Assembly: GCA_963754925.1 (NCBI GenBank)
Contig: CAVWHX010000005.1
Coordinates: 96,001-160,000 of the forward strand
Reading direction: 5' to 3'
DNA length: 64,000 nucleotides
Source of the DNA: an uncultured delta proteobacterium
Lineage (GTDB): Bacteria > Myxococcota > B64-G9
Part shown: positions 1-7,595 of the stretch, one piece after another
Layout: the number at the start of each line of letters is the position of its first letter
How positions within the stretch are numbered: position 1 is the stretch's first letter
Program-made: the position numbers and the translations under genes
The notes under the pieces: generated by a model
What the model saw: the letters and a program-made list of their open reading frames with translations, nothing else
The model's database searches: none
What the model was told of the DNA's origin: nothing

Positions 1-1505
1 TTGAGAAAAAGATATTTGTGCGGATTGATATCCTGAAGCAATTGTTTAATCTGTACGAGCAGTCTACCCTGGTCGTACGTGATTTTCTTCTTAAGCTCAA
101 CGACCGCATAGATTGCGCCCTGGTGTTCGAGGACTGCCGAAAATGCCACCTCGGGAATGGTGCGAAGCCGCTGCTCATACGGTATGGGGTACCGGGATAA
201 ACCGTTTGAATTGAAACGACGGACGACTCGCCCGACCAGGAATATATTTCCCTCCGGGTCAATCCATCCCGCGTCGCCGGTCCGGTGCCATACCTCATTG
301 CCCGCAGTGATTTTATTGCGTTGGCTTATCTCCGGGTTGCCGAGATAGCGCTTAAGGACATGGGGACCCTTTACGATTATTTCTCCCGTCTCTCCTGGTG
401 GCGCAAGGAAATCGTTCAGGGTCTCACCCTCATTGAGAACAATCGGTCCATCGATAGGTCGGACAACAGCGACCTCAGTACTGTTCGCCTTCTTCCCAAC
501 CGGTAGACCATAGTCCGGATCGTACCGAAGCGTTTCCTTCAGGGGAATTATGCTGATCGGTAGCACTTCGGTGCAGCCATAGACTACCTCGATCTGTGTT
601 TTCGGAAAGGCATCAGTCAGTTTTTGAGCCAGATCCCTGAATATGGGAGCGCCGCCGATGAACATCCGCTTAACGGGAAGGACTATATTGTTTTCGAGAA
701 CATAGTCAGCAAGTTTTCCGAAGAATGCGGGAGAGCCAAGGCTCATCGTAACCTTGTGTTTAAGAGTCTGGTGTACTATCAATCGTGGATCGAATGAGAT
801 TGGTTTAGCGGGATTGAACAAAGGCAGCACGCTCGTCGTACCGAGACCGAGGGTCTCAAAGACATAGACCGGGATGACCGTCATGTCGACATCGGTTTTC
901 TCAAGGTTCAGATAATGGTTCACGATTGAAAACTGGGTCCACAGCAGTCCATGGCTCCGGTTGGCCCCCTTCGGCAAGCCCGTTGTTCCCGTTGTCAGGG
1001 TGATAATGGCCGTATCATCATCGTTCACTTCTTCGGGATGCGCCTTCAAGTCACTCTCTGTATCACCGGTGGCAGGAGAGACAATCTGGCGGTCTATGAG
1101 CTTGATGGGTATTCGTCGAATCTCCGATGAAAGCCGGAGTACCTGGGCCATCACCGAGCCGATGAAGCCGTTCGGCTTAGCGACCCGGCAGCAATCGGTC
1201 AGCCGTTTGCGATTGGCCCATGCGTCGATAAACACGGCCTCTGCGCCGAGGTACAGAATCGCCAGAATGGTAACATACAGGGAATACGACATAGGGACGA
1301 AGACGAGTATCCGGTCGCCTTTCTTAACGCCCCGAGCCCTTAACGCATTGGCGGTGCGTATCGTGTCCTGAGACATCTGACGATAGGAGATAATCCTTTC
1401 TGCGGGATCGCGGAAAAGCCGTTTTTCGCTTACAATGAGGGCAGTCTTATCCGGGTTTTCTGCCGCGCGATCAAAGAGTCCGGTGGTTATGTTAGGGTTG
1501 GTCAT
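1..1505 (-). CDS. AMP-dependent synthetase/ligase (ANL superfamily, OleC-like), truncated by the window edge
   Basis: Not in the ORF track; translated by hand from ATG at 1505 (MTNPNITTGLFDRAAENPDKTALI...). Contains the P-loop TLTTGTTGLPKG, YGCTEVLP and WHRTGDAG...GR. Open to position 1. Confidence 0.9.
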   Translation of the reverse strand, partial: MTNPNITTGLFDRAAENPDKTALIVSEKRLFRDPAERIISYRQMSQDTIRTANALRARGVKKGDRILVFVPMSYSLYVTILAILYLGAEAVFIDAWANRKRLTDCCRVAKPNGFIGSVMAQVLRLSSEIRRIPIKLIDRQIVSPATGDTESDLKAHPEEVNDDDTAIITLTTGTTGLPKGANRSHGLLWTQFSIVNHYLNLEKTDVDMTVIPVYVFETLGLGTTSVLPLFNPAKPISFDPRLIVHQTLKHKVTMSLGSPAFFGKLADYVLENNIVLPVKRMFIGGAPIFRDLAQKLTDAFPKTQIEVVYGCTEVLPISIIPLKETLRYDPDYGLPVGKKANSTEVAVVRPIDGPIVLNEGETLNDFLAPPGETGEIIVKGPHVLKRYLGNPEISQRNKITAGNEVWHRTGDAGWIDPEGNIFLVGRVVRRFNSNGLSRYPIPYEQRLRTIPEVAFSAVLEHQGAIYAVVELKKKITYDQGRLLVQIKQLLQDINPHKYLFL

Positions 1506-1511
1506 GGGTTT

Positions 1512-2708
1512 TCATGAGTACTTCTTCTTCAGTTTTAAGAGATACAGAAGTCTCTTGATGATAAAGGATACCAGCGGCCCCAGAACCACGACGGCGAGGG
1601 CCGTTAGGAGAGGGGCCTTGAAATAAAAGTAGAAAAGAATCCCTCCGCCGATACTCGAATCGAGGTTATCAACCATCGTCATCAGAAACCGGCCCTTCGT
1701 GGGGGATTCACCGGGCGCAATACCCATCCGCCGCTTTACGAAGGAATTGGGTAGCTCGGACAGCACATAACAAAAACCCACCACCAGGCCGAAGACGAGC
1801 CACGGCGTCTCCCTGATGTTGACAGTCAGTCGTTCGTATCCGCCGAGTAGCGCATAGGCCAGATACGCGCCGGGCACCGAAAAGAGCGGCATCAGGATAA
1901 AACCGCGAATCGTCTTGTTCTTCCCGAAGAGCCGCTGGCTTACGGGTATCTTCAGGAACGGCAGCCAATCCTTCTTTACCGCAACCATGTGCAGTACGCC
2001 GCCTATGGCGGCGGTGATAACCATCACCAGCGCGGTCACCGTATGGTCGTAAATAGAAAGGCCCATGCCAGGCTGCGGAACTCCACGATCAAATAACCCG
2101 AAGCCATCGAGGCAAAAGAGGAGGAAGTACGAAACGATGACCGCGAGCATTGCTTTCCAGTTCTTGGGTTTGTAGAACCTTTTATTATAGATCATGAAAA
2201 ATGCATAAGCTGCAAAGATCGCCGCAATGGCGGGCATAAGATATGCGGTAGCGATGAACCAACCGAGAATATAGAGGGGTCCCAGGAAAAGAACGCTCCA
2301 AAAAACAGGCATGCCGAGATAGGAGAGGCCTGCCTCTTCGTCTTTGATGTTGCCTATTTCATTGAAGACCGAGAGGCGTACGACCCCCGATATCAAGAAG
2401 AGTATCAAAACGGCGACGTAGTACCACGTATTGAAACCCCAGCAATACAGGAAGACCGCGGGCGCAGCCAGATAATCGAAGACGTCGATAAACCCGTCTA
2501 GATAGCGACCGAAGTTCCTCTCGGTACCGAATTTTCTGGCCAAGATTCCATCAAAGGCGTCAACCAGCATAGCCAGAAATAGTACGCTGAGGGCAAAAGA
2601 GAATTTGCCGGAAATCGAAAAGCCGATTGAAAGGCTGGAGAATACAACGCCGAGCAGCGTCAGATAGTCCACCCGATTCAATCGAATGATGAATGTCTCT
2701 TTTTTCAT
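1512..2708 (-). CDS. Fusion of a PssA-like CDP-alcohol phosphatidyltransferase (N-term) and a CarS/CDP-archaeol synthase-like cytidylyltransferase (C-term)
   Basis: N-term DAFDGILAR...FGRYLDGFID is the CDP-alcohol signature, followed by VRLSVFN and YLGMP. C-term FGKNKTIRG, ELPNSFVKRRMGIAPG and DNLDS are CarS/CTP_transf-type motifs. Multiple TM segments. Confidence 0.8.
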   Translation of the reverse strand: MKKETFIIRLNRVDYLTLLGVVFSSLSIGFSISGKFSFALSVLFLAMLVDAFDGILARKFGTERNFGRYLDGFIDVFDYLAAPAVFLYCWGFNTWYYVAVLILFLISGVVRLSVFNEIGNIKDEEAGLSYLGMPVFWSVLFLGPLYILGWFIATAYLMPAIAAIFAAYAFFMIYNKRFYKPKNWKAMLAVIVSYFLLFCLDGFGLFDRGVPQPGMGLSIYDHTVTALVMVITAAIGGVLHMVAVKKDWLPFLKIPVSQRLFGKNKTIRGFILMPLFSVPGAYLAYALLGGYERLTVNIRETPWLVFGLVVGFCYVLSELPNSFVKRRMGIAPGESPTKGRFLMTMVDNLDSSIGGGILFYFYFKAPLLTALAVVVLGPLVSFIIKRLLYLLKLKKKYS

Positions 2709-5470
2709 CAGGGCAGCCTTTTCGATTGGTTAGAATCGGCCTCGGATCGGGCTGTCTCGGGCGGCGGGCTGAGACGTTCGACGATGCCCTCGGCGCCGTT
2801 CATGCGCACCAGCTCCCGGTTCTTGATGATCTTGGTCAGCCCCGGGATATTGACGATGGCGGGGATTCCCAGCTCTCGCGCCACGACCGCGGAATGGGAA
2901 AGGGTGGAGCCGCGCTCGACGAGAATTCCGCCGGCGGTCGGAAACAGGGGCGCCCAACCGGGATCGGTCCGAACGGTACAGAGGATCTCGCCGTTGAGAT
3001 TGAGATCGTCTTTGGGCGAGAGAATGAGCTTAATTCTCTTTTCCACGATCCCCGGAAAGCAGCCGATGCCTTTGAGTATGTTGTCGGATTCTCGAATCGG
3101 CTGCTTGGCGCGATACTCGTAGGTGTTGTTATGGTATACGGGACCTTTCGTTGAAAAATGGTGGGGGAGCTCCTCATTTTCGTACGCCTTATATTCCACC
3201 TTTCTGCTTGCAACCAGGAGTTTATAATTCGACTGGACCGCGCGTCCGTCCATGTACGATTCGAGTTCTTCTTCGGTGAGAAAGAAGATATCCCTCGCAT
3301 CGTCCATAACCCCGTAACTGGCCAGTTGCCTTCCTATTTCAAGGAAAAGATCCCTGGTGAGACCGAATCCACGGGTGCGGGCGAGTCTCATATTCTCCCT
3401 GTATTTAACCCCCTGCCGCAGCTTTGTCACATCTCTCTTGAAAGCGGCGAGCGCCCGTTTCCCAAGTTTTGATTCGATTGCAGAAAATGCCTTCGCCTCG
3501 GCCTCGGAACGAAACTTCGTCTCGTTAAGAATCAGCGTGTCTATGGAGAGGTCAGGGCGCATGAGGAAATTCTTGATAACGGCGAACATGAACGAAGGGT
3601 CTTGACGCAGGGTGATCGATTCCAGCTTGAGCTCGCCCATGCAGCGATCGCCATAGAGTTCGATGTATTCAAGGCATTTCTCGTAGAACTGCGGGTTTTT
3701 GACCTTTAATGTTGTCAGCAGATGCTTGTTAGGTGTCTCCTTAAGCACCTGCAGTAACTCCGGCTTGGTGCGCGCCTCATCGCACAGACGCAGCAGAAAT
3801 TTCGTCGGCTCGGTGCTCTCAATCCCTTCCTCGCCCGACATGAGATTGTTCTGAATAACGGCCTGGTTTTCTACGCCGGCCTTTTCAAGCCAGCGGTGAA
3901 CTTTACCATTCATCATCATAACGTAGAAGTCGTTTATGATAGGGATTTGCCACTTTCCTATAAAATTAGCCTTTAGTTCTTCATGGAGATTGAGAAGCTC
4001 GGTCATTTCCAGGGTATGGAGCCTCGATCGGTCAATTTTGTCGTACTGATTCTGAAAATGGTTTTTGAATTCCGCGACCAACCGGTCGATCTTGCGAAAA
4101 TTTGACATGAGACTGTAAAGCGCCTTCAACAGCCCCGGCAGCTTGCTGAGTTTCTGGAGCGGGCTCAGTTTCTGTTCTTCGATAAAATCCACCGGGTCCT
4201 GCAAGCCCATCATGCGTTCCATATCGGCCTTGTTGGTCTTGAAAAAAGGAAGGATCAGCAGGCCTCGATACCAGTTATTGATATTGTAATAGACGCGACC
4301 TTTCACCAGACCGAGGAGATTTTTAAGAGCCGGCTCCATCCGCTGAAGCGTTTTCTTTGGTATTCCTATCACCTGCGCCGTCTGGGTATAAACCGATCGG
4401 TACGCGCGGCTTGCAAACGAGAAGGTAAGCGGCGTCGTGACCCCGCAATAGCTCTCCTGAATGTTTGAATTGTCCCATACAATGGTGTCGCCGGCGGGGA
4501 GCGCGGGAGGCGGCAGCGAGGTAATCGGCCTGGTTTGGAGAACATACAGCGTATCGCCTGAGATCGTCCACTCAATGTCCTGAGGAAAACGGAAAGACTC
4601 CGCGATCGAACGCCCCAGATCCCGGATGCGCCGTATTTCATCAATAGTCAAGCAGGGCGCGAGGCGAAGCTCCGGAGTGGTATCGATCTTCTTGGTTCCC
4701 TGTCCCGCCTCCGTGTCAAAGGCCAACAGGCAGTCCTTTTCGTTTATGGTAGATTCGATAGTGTCTCCGTACAGCTCAACCGTGAATTCATCGGTGTTGC
4801 AAACGCCCGAGACAATGCCCTCGCCGGCGCCGTAGCTGGCGGAGATGAGGCCGCGTTTTCTGGAGCCCGATACCGGGTGGGCGGTGAAGAAGACGCCCGA
4901 AACGCGGCTGTCGATCATGCGTTGCACAATGACCGCGGTTCTTGTGTCAAGTATGTTCATACCGTGATTGAGGCGATACCGTATTGCGCGTTCGGTAAAC
5001 GCGCCGGCAAAGACCATCGGAATCGATTTATAAACGGCATCTAATCCCTTCTGGTAGAGAAACGAATCCATCTGTCCGGCAAACGAGGCGGTGGCTGCAT
5101 CTTCGCCGACGGCGGAGGAGCGGACTGCATAAAAGCCTTTATGAGCTTCCGCGAACTTGTTTATTTCACCCCGGACGGCCTCCCTGATGTCTTCAGGCAG
5201 AGTGGTCGCCGAAACCTTGTTGCGTATCTCTTCGGCCAAGGTCCCCGCATCCTGGGGGTTCTCACGGATCCGGTTCAATCTCTCCCTGATCCACCCTTTG
5301 AGATTGTGGGCCTCAATCTGCTGGGCATAGGCCTCCGTGGTCACCACAAACCATTCGGGTACCGGCCATGAGCGGCTGGTCATCAACGCCAGATTTTTAG
5401 CTTTGCCACCGATGAGGGTTTCGTTATAGAGCGATGCCTCTGAGGCTGATAATACGAATCTCTTACTCAT
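2708..5470 (-). CDS. PEP-synthase-like dikinase with ATP-grasp / substrate domain / C-terminal phospho-His swivel (rifampin phosphotransferase/PigC architecture)
   Basis: GGKA, AVRSSAVGED..SFAGQ, QDIEW and LQTRPIT in the N-term; TDPGWAPLF and ERGSTLSHSAVVARELGIPA in the C-term. No PEP-binding TIM barrel. Confidence 0.88.
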   Translation of the reverse strand: MSKRFVLSASEASLYNETLIGGKAKNLALMTSRSWPVPEWFVVTTEAYAQQIEAHNLKGWIRERLNRIRENPQDAGTLAEEIRNKVSATTLPEDIREAVRGEINKFAEAHKGFYAVRSSAVGEDAATASFAGQMDSFLYQKGLDAVYKSIPMVFAGAFTERAIRYRLNHGMNILDTRTAVIVQRMIDSRVSGVFFTAHPVSGSRKRGLISASYGAGEGIVSGVCNTDEFTVELYGDTIESTINEKDCLLAFDTEAGQGTKKIDTTPELRLAPCLTIDEIRRIRDLGRSIAESFRFPQDIEWTISGDTLYVLQTRPITSLPPPALPAGDTIVWDNSNIQESYCGVTTPLTFSFASRAYRSVYTQTAQVIGIPKKTLQRMEPALKNLLGLVKGRVYYNINNWYRGLLILPFFKTNKADMERMMGLQDPVDFIEEQKLSPLQKLSKLPGLLKALYSLMSNFRKIDRLVAEFKNHFQNQYDKIDRSRLHTLEMTELLNLHEELKANFIGKWQIPIINDFYVMMMNGKVHRWLEKAGVENQAVIQNNLMSGEEGIESTEPTKFLLRLCDEARTKPELLQVLKETPNKHLLTTLKVKNPQFYEKCLEYIELYGDRCMGELKLESITLRQDPSFMFAVIKNFLMRPDLSIDTLILNETKFRSEAEAKAFSAIESKLGKRALAAFKRDVTKLRQGVKYRENMRLARTRGFGLTRDLFLEIGRQLASYGVMDDARDIFFLTEEELESYMDGRAVQSNYKLLVASRKVEYKAYENEELPHHFSTKGPVYHNNTYEYRAKQPIRESDNILKGIGCFPGIVEKRIKLILSPKDDLNLNGEILCTVRTDPGWAPLFPTAGGILVERGSTLSHSAVVARELGIPAIVNIPGLTKIIKNRELVRMNGAEGIVERLSPPPETARSEADSNQSKRLP

Positions 5471-5526
5471 ATCGATAGCCTTTCCTGCAACGCAGGGTAT
5501 GGGCCGGGGCCTGCAATGCAGGGGTA

Positions 5527-6450
5527 TTACGGATAAGCGGCAAACGCAACCATTGAATTGATAAAGAGTCCCAACCCATAAAAAATACCGCCAGCCATAA
5601 CAAGTTTCGCCTTTTTTGAGTTAGGGCCACCGACAAACATCAGTTCGATCACGAGGAAGAGGAGATTGAGCGCAACCAGGATAAGCGTATATATCATGTT
5701 CATTCGGAACATGGCGTAAATAATAACGAAAGCGGCACCTGCCCCCATGGCGACGCCCTGATTGACTATGACCGCCGTATTGATGCCCCAGGACTTGGAG
5801 TATGAATCGGCGTGTTCCCGTTCCATTTCCGGCGACCATGTTTTCCGCGCGATTTCGTAGGTGATCGTGGCACACATCATCCCTATCATGAAGATGATCG
5901 TTGTCCGCATACCCGGTGGATCGACCCCGGTGATATCGAACCTCAGGGAGAGGCCGTACCATGCCAAGAGAGGTATTATCAGTTGGTGGCTTATTAGATA
6001 CAGGCTCATGTGTCTGTTGAGAAATTCCGGAACAAAGAATTCATATAACATGAGCAGCGACCAGATGATGATGCAAAGCCAGATAAGGGCTTGGGTCCAA
6101 CCAAAGGAGAGGCTAATCCCGATTTCTATAGCCAGCGCGGCATAGAGCAGGACCCGCAGGTCCTTGAGGGTTATCAGGCCCTTGCTCAGGACCCGTTCAG
6201 GATAGGCTACGACATCCTTTTCAGAGTCTTTATGTTCGTCGAATATTCTCAGGTGCAGCATGACGAGGAATATGACGATAACTCCGGGGATGGTTGCAAT
6301 GAACGGAAACCGTGGTTGGCCGCCGAGCAAACTGCCGAATAGGTACGGCACATACAAGAGAAGCACGGCAAGGACCAGGCCGCCGGCGATGGGGAATCTT
6401 TCATTTGACCACTGAATATACTTTTGAAATAGGGAGAGCTTCTGTTCCAT
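5527..6450 (-). CDS. UbiA prenyltransferase-family membrane protein
   Basis: About 8-9 hydrophobic segments; acidic motif LRIFDEHKDSEKD..YPERVLSKG; second motif YEIARK...DSYS. Confidence 0.7.
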   Translation of the reverse strand: MEQKLSLFQKYIQWSNERFPIAGGLVLAVLLLYVPYLFGSLLGGQPRFPFIATIPGVIVIFLVMLHLRIFDEHKDSEKDVVAYPERVLSKGLITLKDLRVLLYAALAIEIGISLSFGWTQALIWLCIIIWSLLMLYEFFVPEFLNRHMSLYLISHQLIIPLLAWYGLSLRFDITGVDPPGMRTTIIFMIGMMCATITYEIARKTWSPEMEREHADSYSKSWGINTAVIVNQGVAMGAGAAFVIIYAMFRMNMIYTLILVALNLLFLVIELMFVGGPNSKKAKLVMAGGIFYGLGLFINSMVAFAAYP

Positions 6451-6470
6451 ACGACCGCCTCCTCCAGCTC

Positions 6471-7562
6471 TTAGCGGGAAACCGCGATTTTGTATAACTC
6501 GTATTCCTTTTCGGTCTTGCTTGGTAAAGAAACGCGAGACGAAACATTTTGCGAGTGTACCAGTGCGATGATGACGTACTGATAGTTAAGGTCCCTGGCG
6601 TGCAGTCCCAGCAAATAGGATGCTGCGTTGGCGATCCCCCTGATCCGGTATTCGGTGAATAGGCCTCCTGTTTTGAGTATCAGGCCTTTTGAGCGGTTTT
6701 TCTTCAGGAGAAACCGGATCTTTCCCGGCAGAGAATGCAGATAAATGCTGTTGAAGAGATAGGTGTAGTCCGGAGAACCGAAGAGAAATCCAATGGGTTT
6801 CTTCGCTTCATTAAGGCCAAAAACGAAAAAGTTTTCATCCAGGAGTCCGATGGAGGGGAGATGGATATCGAGAAACCGCTCAAAGGAGATATCCCCATAA
6901 AAGGGGTTCTCATGAAAGACTTGAATGCTAAGGTCATACACGTTTCGCAGCTCATTTCGTATATCGGATTTATTAAATGGCCTGAACGTGATCCCCGATT
7001 CGATGGTTTTCTCGTAGGATTTTTTATTCTTTTCTATAAAATCGTCTACTTTATTCAGGTAGCTCTTGTAAAGGAATGTTTCATCCACACCATATCGGGT
7101 CGCAAACTGCGCGTAGTATTCCTTGTTGTCGGCTTCAAGGAAGAATTCGAATGAGTCGAATCCTTTGGAGATGAATCGGTACGGATACCACGTGGAAATA
7201 TAGAAAGGAAATAAAATGTAACGGTTTTTATCTTTAAAAAGCCCCTTTCCAAAATCGATCATGGCGGAAAAGACGTCATAGTCCTCGATCACCTCGAACA
7301 GACCGATCTGGCCGTAGGGCGTTCCCTCTTGGTCGCGGATGTCGTTCTTGCTGCCTATGGCCATCCTTCCCACGATGTTGCCCTCTTTTCTTGCCAGAAA
7401 AAACATGTGGTCGGTACCGGCTGCAACGAGCTGCCTGGTTCTGGTTATGCCGTTTTTGGTCTTGGCGTTGTTGCCGTAGAGGAGTAGGGGAAGGTTCAGG
7501 AAGTCCTTCAGCTGCGAAGAATTACCCGGATCAATTCTCTTGATTTCTATACTGCCATTCAT
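6471..7562 (-). CDS. GNAT-like (YghO-type tandem) acyltransferase-fold protein
   Basis: FLNLPLLLY, FFLARKEGNIVGRM, GQIGLFEVIED, GFLFGSPDY and the acyl-CoA-binding-like EYRIRGIA. Confidence 0.6.
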   Translation of the reverse strand: MNGSIEIKRIDPGNSSQLKDFLNLPLLLYGNNAKTKNGITRTRQLVAAGTDHMFFLARKEGNIVGRMAIGSKNDIRDQEGTPYGQIGLFEVIEDYDVFSAMIDFGKGLFKDKNRYILFPFYISTWYPYRFISKGFDSFEFFLEADNKEYYAQFATRYGVDETFLYKSYLNKVDDFIEKNKKSYEKTIESGITFRPFNKSDIRNELRNVYDLSIQVFHENPFYGDISFERFLDIHLPSIGLLDENFFVFGLNEAKKPIGFLFGSPDYTYLFNSIYLHSLPGKIRFLLKKNRSKGLILKTGGLFTEYRIRGIANAASYLLGLHARDLNYQYVIIALVHSQNVSSRVSLPSKTEKEYELYKIAVSR

Positions 7563-7595
7563 CTGTCAGCCCTCCCCCTGGACGCGGCACACTCC

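Noticed and set aside
2708..5470. Rifampin resistance gene (rph) or PEP synthase (ppsA)
   Set aside because: Shares the architecture only. It has no PEP-binding barrel, and its coupling to lipid genes argues for another substrate.
1512..6450. Complete archaeal ether-lipid pathway
   Set aside because: No GGGP synthase, G1P dehydrogenase or GGPP synthase is visible, and the UbiA motifs differ from DGGGP synthase. Only the analogy is claimed.
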